Origin: a virus
Reading direction: 5' to 3' (one strand)
IMG/VR virus record: IMGVR_UViG_3300021139_000002
Coordinates: 42,022-106,021 of that record
DNA length: 64,000 nucleotides
The position numbers and the translations under genes are program-made. Position 1 is the first letter of the stretch, and every line of letters begins with the position of its first letter. Positions 58,501-64,000 of this stretch are shown piece after piece. Under the pieces are notes generated by a model. It ran no database searches. It saw only the letters and a program-made list of their open reading frames with translations, and had not been told where the DNA came from.

Positions 58501-61500
58501 ATCGTACATTTATTCAAGAAAACGTTGTTAACTATATCAACTATAACTTATGCAATCCTCCTAAAGCACTTCCTTATAATCAGATTAAGTGTCGTAGAGA
58601 TGCAGGAGTTATTCTTGATAGTGTAGCAATTGACTTGTTATTCTCAACTCCTACTAACACACAAGCTACCTTCTCTGGATTACAATATTTTAATCAAGGC
58701 GGCTATACTGGACAAATTTCTCAAGAAATTAATCCTACAATTGATGCAGTAACATACCTAAGAGATTTAAGTGTTAAGGTTGTACAAAATATTACTACAG
58801 CCACTGATGCCTTAATCGGTGTTACTCGTTATAGCAATGGTGTTCAGACAACATCTAGCAACTATGCAAGTAGTGCAGAAGTTGCTACGCTTCGCAGTGA
58901 ATTTGGAATCATCTTAACTATACTTAACGGACAGACAACTGGATGGACTGATCAAATTGTTCCAAACGGCGGAACTGCAAGTGATTTAACCAGTGTTCAA
59001 AATACCGTAAATCTACTGCAAGAAAATAAAACTTACATGGCGCAAGAAGTTACTGCTTATGTAAATGCTAATAATCCAGGATTTACATATTCAACAAGTA
59101 CATGTCAGCGAGATGTAGGATATATTATTGATAGTTTATGTTTTGATTTACTATACGGCGGTAACCGTCAAGCAATTCAATCTGGTCTAAGTTATTACAC
59201 CAGTGCAATTGATACCACGGTAATTCCTAACGAAACTACTGCTACGGTTGATGCATTTACATTTATGGGCAACGTGGCTTCTTCATTAATACAAGGTATT
59301 CCGTACACTCCTTTACAGACCAAAGTTAAACCTGTATTAACGTTACCTGCTAGTGATAGTGTAAACGCCGGAGTTGTAACAACAATTATCAGCACAATTA
59401 CAAATATTGTTGCAAATGGTCCTAGTGTAGCAGCTACACTTGTTCCTGTAACACTATCTCGTTCTACTGCAAGTGCTACAATATCTGCATTTGAAATATT
59501 AACTGCTAACCGTAACTTTATTGTAGAAGAAACTATTTCTTACTTAGACCAAACTTACAATGCTGGATCTTTCAACTATAATCAAGAATTATGTTTTAGA
59601 GATACAGGATTAATTATTGATGCAGTAAGTCAAGATATATTACTTGGCGGCAATCGCAAGTCTATTGAAGCAGGTTTAAGTTACTGGAATCAAGGTTATA
59701 ACTATGTTACAGGCCAAGAGACAACTACTACAGCGGCTATTAATTATGCTAGAGATTTAGCACTACAAGTAATTGCCAATGTGTCAGTTACTCCTGTTAC
59801 TGGTACGGTGGCAACACAAGTTATTAATCCGTTCTACCAATACGGTAGCGACTATATGCCGCAACAGGCCGTTGCTCGTAACTTTAATATTATAACTAAT
59901 ATCATCGAAAACGGTCCAAGCGTAACTCCGCCAGTTTACATAGGAGGCGGAATTTATCCGTTGACAGGTCCTAACGGTGATATTGTAACGGTTGCACCTA
60001 CCGTTACTTACATCAATAAAGTCTCTACAGGAACTTATGTAGTTGGTTTGAACACAAGTACTATTGGATTTGGTGATAATGCAACTATATACTTTGGAAA
60101 AACTTACGTTTATCCTTTACAAGATCCGCAAGTCGAAGCATTGAGCTTACAATTAACTGGCAACACAAGCACTTGGAACATTCGTAAAGTTGATCCAATC
60201 GGCGCAATGGGTGGAGCATTAGTTGACGGTGCTGTAGTTAGCGATCGTAGTCCGATTCAATCGTTTGTTTTTGATGCGTTCACACAATTGAACCAAGGCG
60301 GTATTGGTGTTAAAGTTACCAACAACGGATACGCACAGCTAGTTTCTGTGTTCACAATCTTCTGTTCAGTTGGTGTACAATGTGATAACGGCGGTATTGC
60401 TTCTATCACAAACTCCAATTGTAACTTTGGTGATATCTCGTTGTTGGCCAAAGGCTATGGTACTAGATCGTTTAGCGGTACGGTATTCAACCCTGCATAT
60501 CGTTCATACCCATTTAGCCCACAGGGCACTGATGGTAACGGAAATCCGTTACCATACTTAGACCAATTCTACCCAACAGGCTATTGGCCAAACAACGGTG
60601 GTAAAGTTGAAATATTTGTACCAGACGATGCTAATAGACCACATATTGGTCAGGTTATGGAAATTATTCCTCCAGAAGGACATGTTAACGAACAGGGTTT
60701 CTCTGGATTCTTAAACACGCAACCTAGCACCAGCACAATTACAACAGGTACAATTAACTTATCGAGTATTGATACCACAGATGTATTTGTAGGAAATACC
60801 GTTTATATTCGAGATCAATTTGGTCGTCAATGGGACGATAATGGTGTATGGTATGCAGCCACAGGAACCGTAGTTGCCGATGTTAACTATAACAGCATCA
60901 GTTTGAATAAATCGTTAACCAGTGGCGGCGGTGATCCTCTAAATCCAACATACTTTACAATATACTTCTGCGGAAATAGTTACTACACCGTACAAACAAG
61001 TCAGATTGCAGATCAACCTTATGCACCTAACACTAATATCTTAAGTGCAAATAGTAATTCTTCCTATCAAGGACCTGCAACAAGTCAAATTTCTGCACAC
61101 ATCTCTGCTGTAAATTATCTACAAACCGTTGTTGACAAAGTTATTGCTAATATTCCTGTAACAAAAACTTCAGGAAATACTAGCACACAAGTAATTAATG
61201 CAACCGTTGTCGGTGGAGCAGCCGCACAACCATTCATTGACTTGCGATTCAAGTACATGACTGACATTATTGGCGCCGCAAACATTACCGCCGCTGAAGC
61301 GGTAGTTCCACAAAGTCAAATTACAACTTCAGGTACGGTTCCGACAGGTGCAGGTAATGCAGTTGTGTTGATAACCAGTAACATCGATTTCATTGCACAA
61401 GAAGTAGCCGCTTATGTTGCAATAAATCTTGCAGGCGGGTTAGGTGACTATAACACTGACAAATGTAATCGAGATATTAAATTAATTTTACAACAACTAA

Positions 61501-61931
61501 TTTATGATCTACAATCTGGTGGAAACTACAATAGTGTTTACAGCGGATTAAGTTATTGGAGTCGTCTGGGTACTTACCACATTGTTGAATTAGGTGAAGC
61601 AGTTAACCGACCAGACTTATTCCCAGACGGATCAACAGCTAACTTCTATCAACGTAGTTACATTTCAGCATCTGGTTACTTGTTCGAATATGTAGGTGCT
61701 GGAACTAACTATGGTGCATTGCCTCAACGAGGCGTTGCTGATCCTGTACAATCTAAAGAAACCGTTCAGTTAAATGCAGGTAAAGTATTCTTTACAAGTA
61801 CTGACCAAAACGGTGACTTCCGAATTGGTCCAGGATTGGTTATTAGTCAAGCAACAGGTGTTCTAAGCGGTAGAACATTTGTACAATCATTATATGCAAA
61901 TATGACACCGTTCATATTGGCAATTGAATAA
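55590..61931 (+). CDS. 2113-aa virion protein: beta-helix scaffold with seven phycobiliprotein-like C-x-R-D repeat units
   Basis: TAAATA at 55564; YVTMDGDD.NDG...ACRTI..A...ILVSPGRY.E beta-helix cap; repeats with Cys at aa 532, 672, 835, 1001, 1172, 1335, 1959. Confidence 0.8.
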   Translation: MTGIRKSGTRSLAPTNGAIQSSSGVPSLSQKDNGVTLILSSATQVGGYLQLVNKTSPNPVIVFKNNTQNVGNTNNPTATDPVSIDQTIFSNTAERQLAGAYFSGGVGIEKDLAVGGFIYGRIASANSATTSSNIVVLKTNENATYYPLMTDSSGIIQQGANLYADILNQDATAGGFKYNPYLGKLTTERIHVDGTDNSTGITSGALVVDGGVGIAYDLNIGGNILPAAADATTIGADGLEWADAYLNKVYSKFVGSTASNLTLAPGAGLTDVFGDIRVRGQNPIGTAPIITNTLYVTMDGDDTNDGRAQDASRACRTIGGAMKSPYYQPGTQILVSPGRYLENNPLEMKPYTSVRGSDIRTTFIEPINKTQDLFHVNSGCYLNYMNFLNGRSGRLEGAYDQRFNRGAYCATFPPQTGDNRIDVFQSPYIQNCTNQSGPWLKDGTMFLPNNTVQVPAAVGIASWPANTTTIVVSMSTGTLSIGQSINVGQQNPGFFNARTLLLANKPFIQSQTVAWVDATFNSGSFTYDQAKCARDTGLIVDAIATDMLYNSTSDSMFAGIQYWNQDTYTGNISSEITATIAAINHLKGIVLSEISSGNQSAVTTLFNDITGILTSGTSGITDQIVYGGLPTTNATTVNDYNTLQTNRSSIQDSVISWINSTYPGLDYNQDTCRRDTGFILDSVCFDLLHGGNVQSIKSGVYYYGYSNVNTLAGTNEVPATTAAYNFIKSIIPNIVEGNQLLKTYQFSVSQVTNLPAGTAHEVTTLQNNIDVITGIIRNGPDYAGPKTPINLTENTSVGVLNAYNLLKANLNFIKAEVVAFINQTMNNFDYNRQLCYRDAGIIVENMAYDMTFGGNQKSVESGLAYYRGVTSVIAGQETQTIGAIDYIGYLCKLIVQNQTCPILIPPANIPTATQVINTALTGGDIVLPSIGKLFNITTNIIENGPSAAPDIFISTGPDAAFVSAEVLLHANRTFIQENVVNYINYNLCNPPKALPYNQIKCRRDAGVILDSVAIDLLFSTPTNTQATFSGLQYFNQGGYTGQISQEINPTIDAVTYLRDLSVKVVQNITTATDALIGVTRYSNGVQTTSSNYASSAEVATLRSEFGIILTILNGQTTGWTDQIVPNGGTASDLTSVQNTVNLLQENKTYMAQEVTAYVNANNPGFTYSTSTCQRDVGYIIDSLCFDLLYGGNRQAIQSGLSYYTSAIDTTVIPNETTATVDAFTFMGNVASSLIQGIPYTPLQTKVKPVLTLPASDSVNAGVVTTIISTITNIVANGPSVAATLVPVTLSRSTASATISAFEILTANRNFIVEETISYLDQTYNAGSFNYNQELCFRDTGLIIDAVSQDILLGGNRKSIEAGLSYWNQGYNYVTGQETTTTAAINYARDLALQVIANVSVTPVTGTVATQVINPFYQYGSDYMPQQAVARNFNIITNIIENGPSVTPPVYIGGGIYPLTGPNGDIVTVAPTVTYINKVSTGTYVVGLNTSTIGFGDNATIYFGKTYVYPLQDPQVEALSLQLTGNTSTWNIRKVDPIGAMGGALVDGAVVSDRSPIQSFVFDAFTQLNQGGIGVKVTNNGYAQLVSVFTIFCSVGVQCDNGGIASITNSNCNFGDISLLAKGYGTRSFSGTVFNPAYRSYPFSPQGTDGNGNPLPYLDQFYPTGYWPNNGGKVEIFVPDDANRPHIGQVMEIIPPEGHVNEQGFSGFLNTQPSTSTITTGTINLSSIDTTDVFVGNTVYIRDQFGRQWDDNGVWYAATGTVVADVNYNSISLNKSLTSGGGDPLNPTYFTIYFCGNSYYTVQTSQIADQPYAPNTNILSANSNSSYQGPATSQISAHISAVNYLQTVVDKVIANIPVTKTSGNTSTQVINATVVGGAAAQPFIDLRFKYMTDIIGAANITAAEAVVPQSQITTSGTVPTGAGNAVVLITSNIDFIAQEVAAYVAINLAGGLGDYNTDKCNRDIKLILQQLIYDLQSGGNYNSVYSGLSYWSRLGTYHIVELGEAVNRPDLFPDGSTANFYQRSYISASGYLFEYVGAGTNYGALPQRGVADPVQSKETVQLNAGKVFFTSTDQNGDFRIGPGLVISQATGVLSGRTFVQSLYANMTPFILAIE

Positions 61932-61942
61932 CAGGAAAGATT

Positions 61943-62326
61943 ATGGCACAATTACCATTAAATAAATTTTTAACAAAGACAGCATTGTTATCCACTAGCA
62001 CAACTGCTACGGTTTACACAGCACCGATTGGTGTAACCGCTATTGTGTTAATGGCGCAAGTTGCTAACTTAGACACAAACCCACATGCTGTAACTTTTGT
62101 TCATCATAGATACAAGACTATTCTTCCTGATGCTCAAGGATTTGGCGGACAACCGGGAAACACGGATAGCATGTTAGTTAGTCAATATGCTATTCCGCCA
62201 AATGATGCAGGAACACCACTAAGTGGAAAATTAATCATCGAAGAATTAGATAGTATTCGTGCGTATGCAGATACAACGGGGACAATGCAACTAGTATTAA
62301 GTATACTACAGACAGCAAATAGTTAA
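61943..62326 (+). CDS. small virion-associated protein
   Basis: AGGA SD; VYTAP.GVTAIVL.AQVAN beta-rich; co-operonic with the giant protein. Confidence 0.7.
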   Translation: MAQLPLNKFLTKTALLSTSTTATVYTAPIGVTAIVLMAQVANLDTNPHAVTFVHHRYKTILPDAQGFGGQPGNTDSMLVSQYAIPPNDAGTPLSGKLIIEELDSIRAYADTTGTMQLVLSILQTANS

Positions 62327-62340
62327 TAGGACAATATATA

Positions 62341-63534
62341 ATGCCAGGATTATTAAGTGGATCAATTTTAAGATCAGGAGGCAGCGGTCAGTTTATTAAA
62401 CTAGCCAATGCTATGCCACAACTTCCTGCAACTCCTAGTACAAGCACAGGCTATACACTTATAACAAGTAATAAGTTAGTAACTACCTACGCTACCAGCT
62501 TAGGTAATGTGCAATTTAATGCTGGTACAATGTATGCCAACGTTACAGGAACAAATTTACAACTAATAGGAACTGGAACTTTAGCAGTTATAGTATCTGG
62601 CGGAACTGCAACAACATCAACTAACACAGGTGCATTAATTGTAGAAGGTGGTTTAGGTGTTTGGGGTAATGCGTATGTTGGTGGTAATTTAGTATCTACT
62701 ATTTTTACAGCAACCACTGCAACAATACAAAATCTTAGTGTACAAAATTTAGATGTATATTCTACAGGCACATTCCACTTAGACTTAATTGTAGATCAAA
62801 ATGCAAATTTGTTTGGCGAATTAAATGTTGTAGGACAAGGATCTGTAAACATATCACCTGAAGCAGCCAGTGTATCTATTGAACCTACTTTAGGCGGGTC
62901 GGTCACTATTCAACCAAGTCTGACTGGTAATATTAACAATATGATCATTGGGGCATTTGAACCTCAAGATTCACATTTTTTAAATTCCTATGCAAATAAT
63001 TTTATAGGTCTTGCCACAACTTCAACTAACATTGCAGGCGGCGCACTAGGTAGTATTCCATACCAAACAAGTAGCGGAACCACTGCATTTATCAGCATAG
63101 GTAGCACAAATACCGTATTGGTATCAAACGGAACAACTGCAACTTGGTCAAGTTCAGCAAACCTTTCTGTATCAACTGCAACTTATGCTAACAATGTTTT
63201 TGTCACATCAACATCTAGCGGAAACTACGGTGTTATGTTAAGTACTGCAACTAATGCTTACGGAAAGTTAGAAGAGGATTCATACTTTACATATAATTCT
63301 GATTATAGACAACTTTCTGTTCCTAGCATTGAAGCATCGCAGAGCATTTACAGCCGAGAAGGTAACCCTAACGAAAATAATTTATTGTATGTACCAATAT
63401 CAACATTATCAATAGGAACACCTCCATCTAATCCACGCCTTGGAGATTTTTGGATCGACCCAAGCCAAGGTGCAACTTTTCAATATATGCTAGACGGCCC
63501 AAATAGAGTTTGGGTACAATTTACAGGACTATAA
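62341..63534 (+). CDS. tail fibre-like protein
   Basis: ST.TGALIVEGGLGV.G motif, Thr/Ser-rich, C-terminal PP.NP..GDFWID. Confidence 0.65.
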   Translation: MPGLLSGSILRSGGSGQFIKLANAMPQLPATPSTSTGYTLITSNKLVTTYATSLGNVQFNAGTMYANVTGTNLQLIGTGTLAVIVSGGTATTSTNTGALIVEGGLGVWGNAYVGGNLVSTIFTATTATIQNLSVQNLDVYSTGTFHLDLIVDQNANLFGELNVVGQGSVNISPEAASVSIEPTLGGSVTIQPSLTGNINNMIIGAFEPQDSHFLNSYANNFIGLATTSTNIAGGALGSIPYQTSSGTTAFISIGSTNTVLVSNGTTATWSSSANLSVSTATYANNVFVTSTSSGNYGVMLSTATNAYGKLEEDSYFTYNSDYRQLSVPSIEASQSIYSREGNPNENNLLYVPISTLSIGTPPSNPRLGDFWIDPSQGATFQYMLDGPNRVWVQFTGL

Positions 63535-63543
63535 GAATATAAT

Positions 63544-64000
63544 ATGTCATCAATTTTTCCATCAAATCCAAATACAGGTGACAAATTCACGGTAGGAACC
63601 ACAACTTATCAGTGGACAGGGTACGCTTGGATCAAGATAACTGAAACTACTCAGTTAACGAACCTTACTCTACAGAATTTAACTGCTACAAATTCTATTG
63701 TAATCACATCAGCCACAAACGCTGTTAGCACCGTATCAGGTGCGTTTCAGGTTGTTGGCGGTGTAGGTATAGGAAAAGATGTATGGATTGGTGGCACGGT
63801 CCACATTGCAAATACATCAACTATCGCAAATGCAGATATTATAACAACTGCAACATTGGCTCAGTATGTTAAACAACCACTATTTGTTGCAGGAACTGAC
63901 ACGGTCATTACTACATCTACCGCAGGATATATAGAAACCGTAACAATTTGGAACACAAGTACTCTACAGAGTGTAACAGATAGAGGAAATGTTACTACAG
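63544..64000 (+). CDS. tail fibre-like protein (partial, runs off window)
   Basis: MSSIFPSNPNTGDKFTVG..TYQWTG..W; GAFQVVGGVGIGKD motif; no stop before the edge. Confidence 0.7.
   Translation, partial: MSSIFPSNPNTGDKFTVGTTTYQWTGYAWIKITETTQLTNLTLQNLTATNSIVITSATNAVSTVSGAFQVVGGVGIGKDVWIGGTVHIANTSTIANADIITTATLAQYVKQPLFVAGTDTVITTSTAGYIETVTIWNTSTLQSVTDRGNVTT

Noticed and set aside
55590-61931. Assigning a cyanobacterial host from the phycobiliprotein-like repeats
   Set aside because: No photosynthesis or bilin genes in the window, and it carries ThyA rather than the ThyX typical of cyanomyoviruses; host remains undetermined
1-64000. Alternative genetic code (stop-codon reassignment)
   Set aside because: Genes are full length and densely packed under the standard code

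Overview
A 64-kb, AT-rich segment of a large T4-superfamily myovirus (jumbo-phage-like) genome; the host cannot be assigned from this window. From 0 to 12 kb (+) is an early/middle block: QueD-like, glycosyltransferase, cupin, antisense radical SAM, MazG-like, QueE, RNase H/5'-3' exonuclease, MoxR-type AAA ATPase + VWA/metallopeptidase pair, and ThyA. From 12 to 38.6 kb (-) is a baseplate/tail block (gp48/54-like, gp53, hub, gp5 with a GH19 domain, gp25, gp6, a ~3900-aa protein, fibre proteins). From 38.6 to 43.2 kb (+) are the gp55-like late sigma, gp47, gp46 and a GIY-YIG nuclease. From 44 to 54 kb are a gp26-like chaperone, tape measure, portal gp20, core proteins, protease gp21, scaffold gp22 and major capsid gp23, followed by large late virion proteins. 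Top observations: (1) a 2113-aa late protein in which seven phycobiliprotein-like units (six tandem, ~160 aa apart), each keeping the C-x-R-D motif that binds bilin in phycocyanin/allophycocyanin, are inserted in a beta-helix scaffold; (2) a ~430-nt highly structured putative ncRNA directly behind the GIY-YIG gene; (3) a canonical -1 slippery site (T TTT TTC) joining the gp26-like ORF to a 75-codon extension next to the tape-measure gene; (4) a partial 7-deazaguanine pathway coupled to a glycosyltransferase. All family assignments come from motif recognition by eye, not from database searches.
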